The translations under genes were made by a program, and so were the position numbers. From a virus: 64,000 nt of DNA. Below the pieces are notes generated by a model. It made no database searches. It saw nothing but the letters and a program-made list of their open reading frames with translations, and had not been told where the DNA came from. Position 1 is the first letter of the stretch; every line of letters starts with the position of its first letter. Positions 1-12,108 of the stretch are shown piece by piece. The stretch spans positions 32,001 to 96,000 of IMG/VR virus record IMGVR_UViG_3300049847_000198. One strand, written 5' to 3'.

Positions 1-222
1 AAGACGACTCACGCACAATTGAAACGCACGATAAAGGCGCTGCGTGATCAGTTTTCCGTTCTTTCGGGGGACGAAATTGGAAATTCCGGCGAAGGATGGC
101 AACATCTTGCCGCAGCTACTGCCGAAACTGCGGAACATCTCGCCAAGCTTCTCAACAATGCCGCTGCTGGCAATGTCGAGTCGTTCTTTTGTTTTCCTAG
201 TTTCGATGATCTTGCTGAGTAG
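1..222 (+). CDS. Hypothetical protein, probably 5'-truncated by the window edge
   Basis: Frame 1 is open from base 1 to TAG at 220-222. Confidence 0.5.
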   Translation, partial: KTTHAQLKRTIKALRDQFSVLSGDEIGNSGEGWQHLAAATAETAEHLAKLLNNAAAGNVESFFCFPSFDDLAE

Positions 223-270
223 TTACCACGATTCACAATCCCACGCTCTTTCAATTGGAGAATCCGTACC

Positions 271-801
271 ATGCCAGCCTATACGATACCGCTGTCACCT
301 GAATTTGCGTCCGCCATGGAGTGGCATGGAGGACGGTATCTTGTGTCTGAAATCTTGTGTCGGCATATCGTCGCCGATGACGACGACCAGAATCCGCGCA
401 TCGAATTGGAAGAGCATGAGGCATGGGAGTTGTCGCAGGCGTGGGAAGACGAAGGACCGTTAGCTTGCGGTTCGGATGAACTCAATAGCGTGATTTCAGA
501 CTTCATTGGCAGGATCGTCTATGGGAAAAACATGACCACGAAAGAAACTTCAATCGGTTCGGCAATCCAAATTGCCATTGATCGGAACATCATTGATCGG
601 CGCGCCGTTGACGCAAACTTCAAACGTCGCGCGTCGGCGGCATTCAAACGCAACATTGACGAGCCGGGAGACTGTCGCGGCGATGTTCTTTTGCTGCTCG
701 GCATTTCCGTGGGTGAGGCATACGTTTCACGCGCTCCCGGATGGATTCCCGAAGTTCAACGCATCGGTTGTTTGATTGCCGATGCAATGGCAACAGTGTA
801 A
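271..801 (+). CDS. Hypothetical phage protein
   Basis: 176-aa ORF with GGAG leader. Confidence 0.7.
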   Translation: MPAYTIPLSPEFASAMEWHGGRYLVSEILCRHIVADDDDQNPRIELEEHEAWELSQAWEDEGPLACGSDELNSVISDFIGRIVYGKNMTTKETSIGSAIQIAIDRNIIDRRAVDANFKRRASAAFKRNIDEPGDCRGDVLLLLGISVGEAYVSRAPGWIPEVQRIGCLIADAMATV

Positions 802-949
802 CGGCAACGTTGCCGAAACACGGAAACTCGCGCCGGTATTGTCGTGGAGATGTGAGAATTCCCGACACTCTGCCGACGATGTTAAGAAAATCGCATCGGC
901 GGAGACTCGGCAGTTTTCAGCGTACCTCAAAAGGAAAAGGGAAAAGAAC

Positions 950-1240
950 ATGGCAAGCGAAACCAAACAACCGAAACAATTCACAGCGGCCGACGCGCTA
1001 CCGTCAACGGTATACGCCGGCTGGATTCAAGCGATGCGTGACGAGTTAGTTTACGATCCGCCGGAGTGGATGCGTCGTGGACTACAAGAAACCGCAAGCG
1101 GATATGGTAGGCGGCTGAATAGCGGTCTCAAGATTCACTTTGAAGGACGCTTGCGGCGAATCTACGTCACCATTTTCAGCAACAGCGGGACGGCGTGGTT
1201 TAACTGTCGCGGCAAGCGATATTCGGTTGATACCTACTAG
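950..1240 (+). CDS. Hypothetical early protein
   Basis: ATG at 950 after AAAGGAAAAGGG leader; motif RRIYVTIFSNSGTAW typical of small phage early proteins. Confidence 0.7.
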   Translation: MASETKQPKQFTAADALPSTVYAGWIQAMRDELVYDPPEWMRRGLQETASGYGRRLNSGLKIHFEGRLRRIYVTIFSNSGTAWFNCRGKRYSVDTY

Positions 1241-1292
1241 CGTAGGTCGGTCGGTTTTCAATCTGGCAACGTAACTTGAAAGGAAAAGCATC

Positions 1293-1541
1293 ATGGCATC
1301 AATATCCTACGATCAAGCGCGTGAGGCGATATTCGCTCGCGGGACGGTGGCGGACGGTTACAACGGGAATCGGACGGAATGCGGTTTCGCGTTCGTTCAT
1401 GGCGTCACTTTGATCGTCTGCTCTTTCGGTTACTTCCGGTCAGGCATCCCGATTTGTGCGGACGCAACGCAAGCGCGTTGGCATATCGAAAACGGCGAAA
1501 CGGCCAAGAGGCTGTATCAATTGGAAGGGGCGACAGCATGA
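1293..1541 (+). CDS. Hypothetical early protein
   Basis: GAAAGGAAA leader; ATGA overlap with next gene. Confidence 0.65.
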   Translation: MASISYDQAREAIFARGTVADGYNGNRTECGFAFVHGVTLIVCSFGYFRSGIPICADATQARWHIENGETAKRLYQLEGATA

Positions 1542-2179
1542 CAACACGAACCGAAGCGGTTCTCCGATATGCCGACAAGATCATTGAAAACGAACTCGCA
1601 TTTCACCGGGAGTATCGTCCCGAATTGCTGGCGGCATTACCGGTGGCTGAACTTGAAGCGTACAAGAAAGGCGAGCGCATCAAAGCGTATTCGCTCGCGG
1701 ATGAAATTGACGATCGGCAATTGTGCTTTCTCCGGCATCAGCGTTGCGGTTTCGACACGTCAAACAATTGGACGCGGCGGTTATTTGTGGACCTGACCGG
1801 CATACCGTTGCCGAGCACGAACCGCGAGACGGATATCGTTCTCCGCCAGTATTGCGGCGAAGTGTGCGTTGGCATTGAAGCCGAACAACAGCGGGAACGT
1901 GAAGCGAAAGAGCAAGCAAAGCAAGCGGCGGAGCAAGTCAAACGCGACACAATCAAGGCTAAGTTGTCCGCTCGCGTGGCCGTCAACGAGTCAATCAGCG
2001 GCGAAGAACTGGCGGAGTTGTGTTCTATGCTCGGCATCGAACTTCATCCCCGCACGATTGGACTGCTTAGAAAGCGTGTTCGGGCTATCAATTCCGGTTC
2101 GGCCAGCATTGTCGGCAAGGGATTGTCGGACGCGGCATACGGCGCATATCTAAGTTGTGCCGCCCGCGTGTCGGCATAG
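1538..2179 (+). CDS. Hypothetical early protein
   Basis: ATG at 1538 overlaps the upstream stop; 213 aa. Confidence 0.7.
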   Translation: MTTRTEAVLRYADKIIENELAFHREYRPELLAALPVAELEAYKKGERIKAYSLADEIDDRQLCFLRHQRCGFDTSNNWTRRLFVDLTGIPLPSTNRETDIVLRQYCGEVCVGIEAEQQREREAKEQAKQAAEQVKRDTIKAKLSARVAVNESISGEELAELCSMLGIELHPRTIGLLRKRVRAINSGSASIVGKGLSDAAYGAYLSCAARVSA

Positions 2180-2245
2180 TTTTTTCTTCACATCTCACAA
2201 CGTAGGGCGGGACGTTCCCCGCTCACTAAAGAAAGAGGCAAGGCA

Positions 2246-3109
2246 ATGAAAACTAATCCAGCAAAGTATCAGCGACTCCGTAACGCGGGGACATTTAGCG
2301 GCACGATCAAGCGCGCCGTTACGTTGCGGGATGCCCGCGACAAACTCGCGGCGAAAACTGACCCGCTCACGATCCCGCTGGCGAAACGATACGACCGGCA
2401 AAAAGCCGTAGTCCCGTTCGGCGCTACCGCGCCAGTTGCTGCGCGAAACGTCCTGGCGGGATATCAGCGGCGTAATCCGAGACTCCGTGAATGGTCGCTA
2501 GGTTGCGTTGCGGGGACGGATACGCGACTCCGTGAGATAGGATCAAATTCGGATTGGAGAAAACGCAGCACATTCCAGCGGGGCGTCGTGGTCCAATCTG
2601 TCGCGGTCGCTTGTGGTCGCTGTCTGTTTTTTACGCTGTCCGGCGAGAAAAAACGCATTGCCGCGCCTTTCGGTTATCGGTGGGAGCGTGACAAAAACGG
2701 AGTCAAGCTAGTTTCGCGGTCGCACCCCGACCGCGACTATCACCCAACGGCAGGCGACCTACTCGGCAACGTGCGCGACATCGTCGCGAAATTGAAAGCC
2801 AACTACGAAACGCGGCGGCTCGCGAACGCGAACAAAAAACAACAACTCGCGGCGGTGAGGCGAGCGGAACGCGAAGGGGCGACCGTCTGTCTTCGCGACA
2901 GTATCCGTGCGGGAAATTGCATCGCCGGAACGTCGAACTTTTGTCAGCGGCACGGACTCGATTCACGGCGACATTACAAGCCCTCCGAAGTTCTCGCGGT
3001 CGCAAACGGCGACGCAAGCCGCGTTGCGTTGGTCGTCACCGTCGCACTGAAACGTCACCGCGAGGAAATGCGGAGGGGCTACGCGATTCTCGCGGAGCAT
3101 CAAGCCTAG
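2246..3109 (+). CDS. Hypothetical basic phage protein
   Basis: 287-aa ORF with purine-rich leader; C-terminal DSIRAGNCIAGT motif. Confidence 0.75.
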   Translation: MKTNPAKYQRLRNAGTFSGTIKRAVTLRDARDKLAAKTDPLTIPLAKRYDRQKAVVPFGATAPVAARNVLAGYQRRNPRLREWSLGCVAGTDTRLREIGSNSDWRKRSTFQRGVVVQSVAVACGRCLFFTLSGEKKRIAAPFGYRWERDKNGVKLVSRSHPDRDYHPTAGDLLGNVRDIVAKLKANYETRRLANANKKQQLAAVRRAEREGATVCLRDSIRAGNCIAGTSNFCQRHGLDSRRHYKPSEVLAVANGDASRVALVVTVALKRHREEMRRGYAILAEHQA

Positions 3110-3117
3110 GCCGTCTG

Positions 3118-3146
3118 TTGACGGTTTCGTCTGTTCGTTTTAACGT
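3118..3146 (+). promoter_or_regulatory. Sigma70-type promoter
   Basis: TTGACG-N17-TAACGT in an intergenic gap upstream of 3219. Confidence 0.6.
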
Positions 3147-3218
3147 ACAGCCAACGGCGTAGCCGCGTCGCCTTTAATCTCGCGGCATGACCCTAAAGAA
3201 AGACAAGAGGCAAGAATC

Positions 3219-6200
3219 ATGGCAACAGTCACGCGGATACCGACCGAAGCGGAATACCTTGAACGCGAGCGGCGAATGCTCGATAAGCAACTCGCGGCGG
3301 TTGAATCGGCACCGCTCGCGGAGCGGCGCGAAGGGGCGGCGGATTATGGCCGTGGATTGCGGGATAATCCCGAAATCATCGCGGAGCGTATCGGATGGAT
3401 TTTCAACGGTTCTTATGGTCGCGGAGCGTATGACCGCGCTCACGAATGGCTCGCGGCGTATCGCGAATCGCCGAAGCGTCGCGAGACGATGATTAAGTTC
3501 AATTTGTGCTGCTTGCTGGCGGCACTTGACGACGCTTGCCCGTCGCGGATGGCGGTGAATCAATGGAAAAAACTGACGACCGAACAACAACAACGGCTTG
3601 ACGTTCTTTTGACCGCCGAAATTGCCGACGCAATGAAGGGAGATGATTCCGAATGACTCCCGAAGAAATCGGCGAACTTGACGACAGCGAATTCGACGTT
3701 GACGCAATCAGAATCGACGTGAGGCACAACAACTTCTCCGCCGATCGGCTGGCAGAGTACCGGCACGAAAACATCGTTCAAGCGTCGCTCATCAACGGCC
3801 AGTTTACGCAAGCCCGTGAGCAGTGCCGATCTTATGGCTTGGACTATCAAAGCGAACTGAGTCGATTCAACAACCACTAACCCGAAAGGCAAACGCTATG
3901 TTGATTTTGAACAAGCTGAGTTCCCGCCGCGACAAGTTCGGGAATTGCTATCACGCAATCAGTGTTGAGAACGTCGAAACCGGATTGACCGCGTCCGCGA
4001 CAATCAGCGGCGACAACGCATCAACCGGACTGCTTGAATTGTTCGGAGATTGGGAAGCGGTGCGGCAACACTCACGAACACACGAACGCGAATTGCCTAT
4101 TCGCGAGTTTGACCGCTTCAAGAAAGACCTACCCTATGCCGGCTGTCGCGGTGAAGACATCGCCGCCTGGATTGTGTCGGCAGTTGGTGAACCGTCTGGA
4201 ATGAAAGAAAGGGCGACGGTGTAGCCATGTTTCCCGTTCCATTCTCTCGCGTTGTCGTCGCCGTCAACGGCGAACAACCGCAACGCTACGACCACAAGAC
4301 AGAGACCGCGCACGAGTTCGCGGCGATGCTCTACGGATGCGTTTTTCGCGAGTCACTCGGCAAGTATGCCGGGACGGAGTCGCTCGCCAACGGATGCCGC
4401 GACCGATTCACGGGCGGCACTATCACGAATTGAAAGGCAAAGAATCATGACCATCACAAAAAACGACACGCTAGACGTTCTCCCGCCATACAGCGACCGA
4501 TTCGTTTACCCAATCGGGAGACGCATCAGAACGGGCGAGGCTTGCGTTGTGTCTCACAATGTCGTCGCGGAAGTCCAGCCGGTTAGCGGCTGTCGTGGCG
4601 GCGACGGTATCGACGAATGCGCCGCAATGGCTCGCCAGTTCGCGGCACTGCCGAAGTTGCTTGAAGCGTTGGAAGATTGCATCACCAGCGACAAAGCCAA
4701 TTGCATCGTCACGAATGACGTGGCTTACATGCTTCGCCGATTCAAGTCTATCAACAAAATCGTCAGCGATGCGTTGTCGCTCGCGAACGGATCGGCCGTG
4801 CGATCGTGACCACGCTACCGAAAGGCTTCAAGAAACTGGCTTCAAGCCCGACGCTTGAGGGGCTCAAGAAACATATCTCCGCCTACTACGGCGGCGAGTC
4901 TAAAACGCTCGTTACGCGGGACGGCACTGCCAATCAATGGGACGTTTTTTCGAGCACTGTCGCGGGCAAGGCTTGCGGCACGATGGCCGTGGAAACATCA
5001 CGCGGTTTTTTCTTTGGGAGGATGGAAGCATGACATTCACGCAAAAACGATATGACGACGAAACGCAAACCGTGGCAAGGCTGGCGAAACAGTATCAAAA
5101 GCAAGTCAAAGGCATAACGTGGGGCGAGGCTATTCGATTGGCCGAAAAACACGTCTCAGAGCGAAAGGCGAATCCATGAACATCAAGGAGGCGGCATCAC
5201 GTTCTGTGCGCGAGAAGATGGCAAGGGAGATCATCTTTCAGGGCATGAGGGCGGTCGGCTATTCGGCATCCGAATCGTTCTGTCAGGCGAAGCGCATGGT
5301 GTCTCGGAACTTCGGCTTCTCGGCACAGATCGACCCTGCGAACTTTGCGGCGGGCATCATTTTTGAAAGGCCGAAACAATGACCACAAACAAAACCTGGG
5401 CCAGCCTCACGCTACTGCGTACCGAGGTCCGTTCGCTGTGCCGGCGGTACGCGGACGGGCAAGCCATCGACATCGCCGACGAACTCGGCCGGCTTGATCG
5501 GCTATCGCGGCCGGTCGGCAAGCGTGCCGAGATCGAAAAACTGATACGCGACGGACTATCCGATGCCGAGATCGTCAAAGCGTTGGGCGTCAAGAAACAA
5601 CAGGTCAATCTCATACGTCATTCAATGAAAGGGAACGCATGACCGACATCATCAATCTATCTGACGCGGAACTACAGCGACGCTATCGCGACGCGGTAGA
5701 CGAACTGGCGAGCCGCTGTCCGCTCACGGACATAGACGCGGCGGACATCAAAGGGCAAGAGTCGCCAAAGCGAGCGTTGGCGGTCGCGGCGATGGAACAA
5801 TCGCCAATCATTCGCGCTATTCACATTATGGAAGCGGTCAATTATCGGTTCCCGTTTTTCTAGTAGCCTAGGCAGAATCCCGTCGGCCTGTTAGTGTTCG
5901 TTTTAGTAAACTCAAACCCGAAAGACAAAGACCATGACGAATCTATTCGCGGAGATATCCGCATCCGCTGAGCGGCTGAATGAACGCGGCCAGGCGTACC
6001 TTGATCGGTTGCCGTTTCTTGACAACGACACGGTGATTGACCGGATTTTGGCGGCGATGCCGACGCCCCTGGAATGGGTCAACGAACAAATCGAAGACGG
6101 AGGAATGCCATACGCCGTGATGCCGCGCAACGGTTCTCTTCACTTCGTTATCGGATTCTCTGTCGTCAGTCGTGACGCTCATTTGCGGAACGTCATGGAA

Positions 6201-6820
6201 ATCGCGGAGGGACGGGAAACCGACGAACTCGACTTCCCGACAATCGAACCACTGGACGAAATTGTGGCAAGATGCGAGGCGTAGCCAGTCAGTCAGTTTT
6301 TCTTATCACATCGAAAGGCAAAGCAATGACGATCATCCTTAACCACGATTGCGATTGTGCAACGTGCCGCTGTCCGCTTATGGCGGGCGAGCGTGTCCAC
6401 ACGAACCAACACGAGACGCTCGTTGCGTGCTCGGAAGACTGTCTCTTGGACGCGATTAAAAAATCTTCGGTTGTTGATGAGGACGACTTTGGTTCAGACA
6501 TTCAGTCAATTGATTTCGTGTTCTTTGAGGACAACTGCTTCAGTGACACGGACGGCATCAATGTGGACGCCAGCATGGAGAAATTGATTGAGTTGACCGA
6601 GTCCGCATTGCGAGAGGCGTTTCCAGGCTGTGGGGAAATTGAGGTCAGTAGCGGGCAGTCTGGGATGCGATGCCAGGCGAATGTGTATATGCACGGTGAT
6701 TATTGTCCTGACTCCGTCGTTGTGGCGGTCGAGGAAATTGCGGCCAGCGTCTGGGAGAAACGCGGCAACGACTGGATTGTGTATTCTGACGAGGACGAGG
6801 ACGAGGACGAGGAGGTGTAG
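3219..6820 (+). other. Array of small co-oriented hypothetical early genes (3219-3656, 3653-3880, 3898-4224, 4227-4433, 4447-4809, 4806-5033, 5030-5179, 5176-5382, 5379-5642 with C-terminal HTH, 5639-5863, 5934-6284, 6326-6820 acidic)
   Basis: Abutting or ATGA-overlapping ORFs, most preceded by GAAAGG-type leaders. Confidence 0.75.
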
Positions 6821-6979
6821 CGATTGACGCGGACGGACTTCGCCAAGCCAAGTTGTTTCGTAAAAACGCTCCGGGATTCCACCGAATAAAGATTCTGGAA
6901 GCCCTTCAACTGATGCCGTCTCTCGTGCAGACGGCGACTATCCAGTTTAGTTTTTATTCTCACTCGAAAGGCAAATGAA

Positions 6980-8476
6980 ATGGCTAAGACAACAAAACAT
7001 GACGTGATGATTTTTGACGGCGTCGCGCCCGTGACTCATAGCGAGTTCAATCTGCCGCCTGACGGCGTTGGCGTGATGATCTTGCAGGGGACTCACGGAC
7101 TTGGAAAAGATCGTTGCATTGCCGCCATCACGCGACTGGTGACGGGAGACAAGTCATACACCGCCGACGTTGACGATCACGCCGAGAAGGGCAAAGTGTC
7201 ATTCGCTGGCGGCGGGCTGTCGGTCGGTCAAAAGATTGTCAGCACGGGAGAGTGCGAATATGCTGGAATCAATCCGTCACTCATCGAAGGACTCATAAAT
7301 CCGCCCTACAAATCGGAAGACGCGGCGGAGCAGTACCGCATTGAGTCGCTGATCGACCTCGCGAAAGTGAAAGCCGACTGCACGCTTTTTGAGTCGCTTT
7401 GCCAAGATCGCGAAGAGTTCGACCGCATCATGCCGCCGGATTTGTGCGAAGAAACAAGTCTCGTGAAGATGGCGAGTCTGGTAGAAGCGGCGTTTCAGAA
7501 AGAGGCACGTTCGGCGGAGTCTGATGCGGCGCAAGAGAACGCGAACGCCACGGCGAAACGCGGGGCGACATCCGACCTTGACCTGACCGCCGAGAGCGAT
7601 GGCAAAATCTTGGAAATGCGACTCGCGGCGGCGATGCAAGCGGAAGCCGACATCAAGGCGGCGGACAACGAAGCGGTGCGTGCTGCTGGCTTGGCCGAGA
7701 ACGCACGGAAACAACTCGCCACGTCGGAGTCGGGCTACACCGGAAAAACAGTCGAGCAAGCCACGAACGCCTACCAAACCGCTGTTGGACTCAAAGAGCA
7801 AGCGGATGCCGTTGTCGCTGACCTGAAACTTCGGCTGTCTGCCGCTGAGAAAGCCGCGTCAATCTGTGCTAATGACGTGGAGCAAGCGATTACCGCTGGC
7901 CGTGCCGCTCGCCAGCACGAAGAGACGGTCAAGGCATGGCGCGAATCACTTGCCGCGTCCGTTCCGCCGCGTCCAAGTGCCGACGAACTCGCAAAAGCGT
8001 CCCAAAGCGTCCATGATGCCCGTAAAGCAGTCGAAACCGGGGCGTTGGTCCGAAGGGCCAAAGAACAGAGTTCCGAGGTTCTAGGGCACGCTGAGAGGGC
8101 CGAGAGCCTCAAGAAGAAAGCCGAGAGACTCAGAGAGGCGGCGAAAGGGACTGACGACATACTTTCGCAGGCGGTTGCTAAGGCGAATTGCCCACTCAAG
8201 GTTTACCGTGGGCGGCTCGTGATGAAGACGGATCGCAGCGACCGCGAACGCTTCACAGACCTGTCGGGCGGCGAGAAGCTGTTGGTCGCTCTTGAGATCG
8301 CTCTCCGTACCGTTCCGAATGGCAAGAAAGCATTGCTGCCGATCACCCCGCGAACGTGGTCCGAACTTGAACCTCGCAGCGAGCACAAGATCGCCGAGAT
8401 GGCGAGAGAGAACGGCGTGCTGATCGTCACGGGTCGCTGCACTTCTGACGAAACGCTTTCTTCCGTGTCGCTGTAG
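6980..8476 (+). CDS. SMC/Rad50-like coiled-coil ABC ATPase with degenerate Walker motifs
   Basis: N-terminal GTHGLGKD, long Ala/Glu/Lys coiled coil, C-terminal LSGGE ABC signature. Confidence 0.65.
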   Translation: MAKTTKHDVMIFDGVAPVTHSEFNLPPDGVGVMILQGTHGLGKDRCIAAITRLVTGDKSYTADVDDHAEKGKVSFAGGGLSVGQKIVSTGECEYAGINPSLIEGLINPPYKSEDAAEQYRIESLIDLAKVKADCTLFESLCQDREEFDRIMPPDLCEETSLVKMASLVEAAFQKEARSAESDAAQENANATAKRGATSDLDLTAESDGKILEMRLAAAMQAEADIKAADNEAVRAAGLAENARKQLATSESGYTGKTVEQATNAYQTAVGLKEQADAVVADLKLRLSAAEKAASICANDVEQAITAGRAARQHEETVKAWRESLAASVPPRPSADELAKASQSVHDARKAVETGALVRRAKEQSSEVLGHAERAESLKKKAERLREAAKGTDDILSQAVAKANCPLKVYRGRLVMKTDRSDRERFTDLSGGEKLLVALEIALRTVPNGKKALLPITPRTWSELEPRSEHKIAEMARENGVLIVTGRCTSDETLSSVSL

Positions 8477-8503
8477 TCTCTTCACTCAAGAAAACGAAAG
8501 GCG

Positions 8504-11500
8504 ATGATCGTGACGATCGACGACGTAATCGAAGAACTCAGCAACAGAATCGAGAGACACCATAAGTCGGCACTGGATACGCAGACGAACGGTGATAAAA
8601 ACTCGTGTTGGCGTGAAGTCGATAAGGCTTCGGCTTTGATGGACTTGAAAGACTGGATTCGCAATCTTCAAAAGAAAGGCACAGAGAATGGCTAAGTATG
8701 TGAACTCAAAGGGCGAAGAAGTCGATGTCCGCACGATGGCGACGCCGCACGTTCTGGCGGCGATGGCCAAGGCGGAGCGTGAAGGAAAAACCGATGTCCG
8801 CGACATGCTGTTCGCGGAAGCCGGCGAGCGAGAGAAACCCGTATGGGAAGTGCGGCAAAAAAAGCGAGACCAAGTGATTCGATACGCAATGCAACAGACG
8901 AACGCCGAAGCGTGGAAGTTCGTTAAGCAATACGGGCCACTTGAGGACGCCGAAGGATACACCAACAGTTTCTTTGTGGCACACGAGAGCGACCCTCTGT
9001 AAAGAAAGGAAAGCAGCATGTTTGTAATCAAGATCACAAACGACGAACCGGATGACTGCGAACTCTGGGGTCCGTATGAAACTCGCGACATGACGAGAGA
9101 CGTTATTGCCGCTTATGTCGAACAGCCAGAATCTTGCGAGATCATCGAGGCAACCGAAGAAATGGAATATGCAATCACTGGAAAACCTCTGTAAAGACTT
9201 CTCTCTTTTTGAAAGGCAACGAACCATGACAGTCTCAACAATCGACCTTCCCCGTGAAATGATTCAACGCGAGCAGTACCAGACGGACGTTTGGTACGAA
9301 GACCTCGACGAAGAAACGGAACGCATCATCGGCAAGCGTTCCAAGAAAACGATCCGAGACGAAAGCGAGGCTGATTGTGACGAGTAAATTTCCTCAACTC
9401 GCGGTCACTCGCGGAGCGCAATCAGATGCGTTCTCGATTGAATCCCCAAGCAAGACTGTCGCGAACGTCAAGCACGGTCCACAAGCGGAGCAGATAGCGA
9501 ATCTTTTTGCAGCATCGCCTGACATGCTCGACGCATTAAAAGCGTTGGTCGCTTCGATTCTCTCATGGGAAGCGTCGGTTCGCGAAGTGATTCACATTGA
9601 ACCGAAACACGGAATGGACCTAACGGCGGCGGAAGCTGCAATCAAGAAAGCGGAGGGGCAATGACAGTTCCTCAAATACTGTCGCTGTTGGTCGTGGCGA
9701 TTTACTTCGCTCTGATGCTTCCCGGCATCCTCGAAAAACGGAGTATCCGAAATGAACCTGAACCCGATCATCCGCCGAGCGACTTTGGCGATACGGAGAC
9801 GCGAAGCGATATGTTTCGATGCTGCGAAAAAGATTCGTGGCGCAAACTACCGAGATAACCATGCTGCACGCTGGTTCGTGCTGGCGGTCGCAGATGAATT
9901 CGCCCGACGTCACGCGAAGTGGCGTCGGTTTTCTGAAGCACTCAACGACGCTTTTTGAAGGAATGCAATGGCAGAACGAAAAACGAAGAAATGGGTGAGC
10001 ACGATCAAACGACGTCTGGCGATTTTGCAGATGTTCCCTGATGTGAACGACGAACCGAACCAGATGGTTCTTTCCGAGATTTTCGACATCGACAGGTCAA
10101 GCATCAACCTGGACCTGAAGTGCATCAGAGAGATTCGCGGAGAGATCGCAGGACTGACCAAGCAGTACGAAGAGAAGTTGAACGGGCCGACGACAGTGAG
10201 ACCAATGAGACGCAAGAAGTGGGGACGCAGAGTGGCCACCGTGTTCGGCGGCACGAAAGAAACATTCCAAAACGAAAAGGCACCAGAAAGGCAAGATGAT
10301 GAGCGACCAACTCACGAAGACGGAACGAATCCAGGCGGCAGTGATTGATGCGATGATTTCGGTTCGCGAGTCCATCAAAAGTCAAGGACTTGAATGCCCG
10401 AATGGCTTAGACGCGAACGAAGACCTGAAGGCGGCGATTACACAATATGTGTTTGACGGCGTTTCTGACGACGAGTGACCGAGAACCGGGAACCATCTTC
10501 CTGTGCGTTACCGAGTCGTTCGAGAAGCCAATCATCGTCCGTCGCTGGTATCGAACGGACGAAAAAGAAGCCGGCATTGAAGCGACGCCAAACTCGGACG
10601 GATCGTGGATGCTCGCGAGCGGAAAGACGATCTATCCATCGACGATTTGTTTCGTCGAGCATCAGAGGATTCGGAAACCCAAAACACTGCGCCCGTGCCG
10701 CTGGCGTGACGGCGGTTGGCAGTTGTTGTGCAAGAAAGGATGGGTGACGCGATGAGAAGTTCGCTCAGGAGTAGAACCAAAACGTGGCATGGCGTGCGTG
10801 GGCAGTATTTCATCGAAGTCACCGAAGACTACGATGGGCCTCGTGACGCACACACAAACAAGCCACTACCGATTCCGAGATTCCACGACGAATCCGAGAT
10901 CACGATTCATTTCGAGTCTAGCGGTTCATTCGATCCGGGCTGTATTTGGATGGCGAACGGCGATCCGGGATATCCACCAGAGGGCAGCGAAGACCGAGAG
11001 TTCGTGGCCGCTACGATTCGCGAGCACGGATCGAAAGAAGAAGTCCGATTGCCGGACGATGTTGGACGCAAGCTGTTCGCGATGTATGAGCAGCAGATTG
11101 ATGATGTCGGTCTCGATTACGAAACGGAGGATGATCGTGAGTAAGCCAACTGCCGCAGCGAAGCGTGCCGCCAAGTCTTTGGGGTGCTACGGGATCGCTG
11201 GAACGAAAGCTGTGAACTACGCCGCAAAAATCATCGACGCAGAGTTTGCGGAATTACTGTCGGCAACGAGGTCGTTCGCAAACCGAATAGCCAACTCGGC
11301 AGACGCGAAGTTTGACGCCAAAGCTCGATCGCTGCTGATGGACTCAGTGGATGAGTTCCAAGACGCCGTGTCAAAAATCGAAAACTAAACACGAAAGGCA
11401 AGCCGTGATTGAATACCGAGGCTACCAAATCGCTCGCGATCCGCCGCCGATTCCGTCGCGTGCATTCGACTGGCAATTCGCAGCCGATGGCTATGACGGA

Positions 11501-12099
11501 GCGATTGACTCCAGCGACATCCGTTGCGGTAGCGGACCTGACGCCAAAGACTGCATGGAACAGATCGACGAAATCGAAGAACTTCTCACTGAAAGAAAAC
11601 TCTCACTGAAAGGCAACTGACCATGAACTCTGATCTTTATCCTTGGACCATCATCATCTGCGGTTGCGTTGTGATTTACGGACTGAGAATGCTTCCGCTG
11701 TGGCGACACTTCGGCAACCCGAAGTTGTCTCCGTGTTTCTTCTCTGAGTCCCTCACGAAGTGGCACGGAGAAAAACTGTCCACAAGGCGTGTGCTCGTGA
11801 AAGCCGAAGGCCCAGAAGACCCCGATTGGATCGACTTCTATCGAGAGGGAAACCTCTTCATTGGCTACGAATACTTTGCCGACTACTGCCGCAGACCGGT
11901 TGAAGTCGAAAACGAAGCAGCCAAGAATGTGTATCTCCGACGCACGAAGGCGGACGACAAAGTCATTCACGTCGAACTTGGGCAGTTCGTTATGATTTGG
12001 CCGTCGTTTGAGACCGTGAAGAAACTCGCTCGGCCGTACCGCCAAGAGTTTCGACGACCGAGCGATAGGCAGCACGTCTGTCACATGCAACCGTATTAA
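8504..12099 (+). other. Second array of small hypothetical early genes (8504-8695, 8688-9002, 9018-9194, 9226-9387, 9377-9664, 9661-9858 or 9752-9958, 9968-10348, 10296-10478, 10447-10755, 10752-11144, 11137-11388, 11405-11620, 11623-12099)
   Basis: Tightly packed + strand ORFs with GAAAGGC leaders; 9377-9664 has the common phage AASPDMLDAL motif. Confidence 0.7.
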
Positions 12100-12108
12100 G
12101 GGCGAATC

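Noticed and set aside
6788-6816. GACGAG hexamer tandem repeat
   Set aside because: Encodes an acidic DEDEDEDEEV tail; ordinary low-complexity coding sequence.
11584-11612. 12-bp direct repeat TCTCACTGAAAG
   Set aside because: Short local duplication around an RBS; no further copies noticed.
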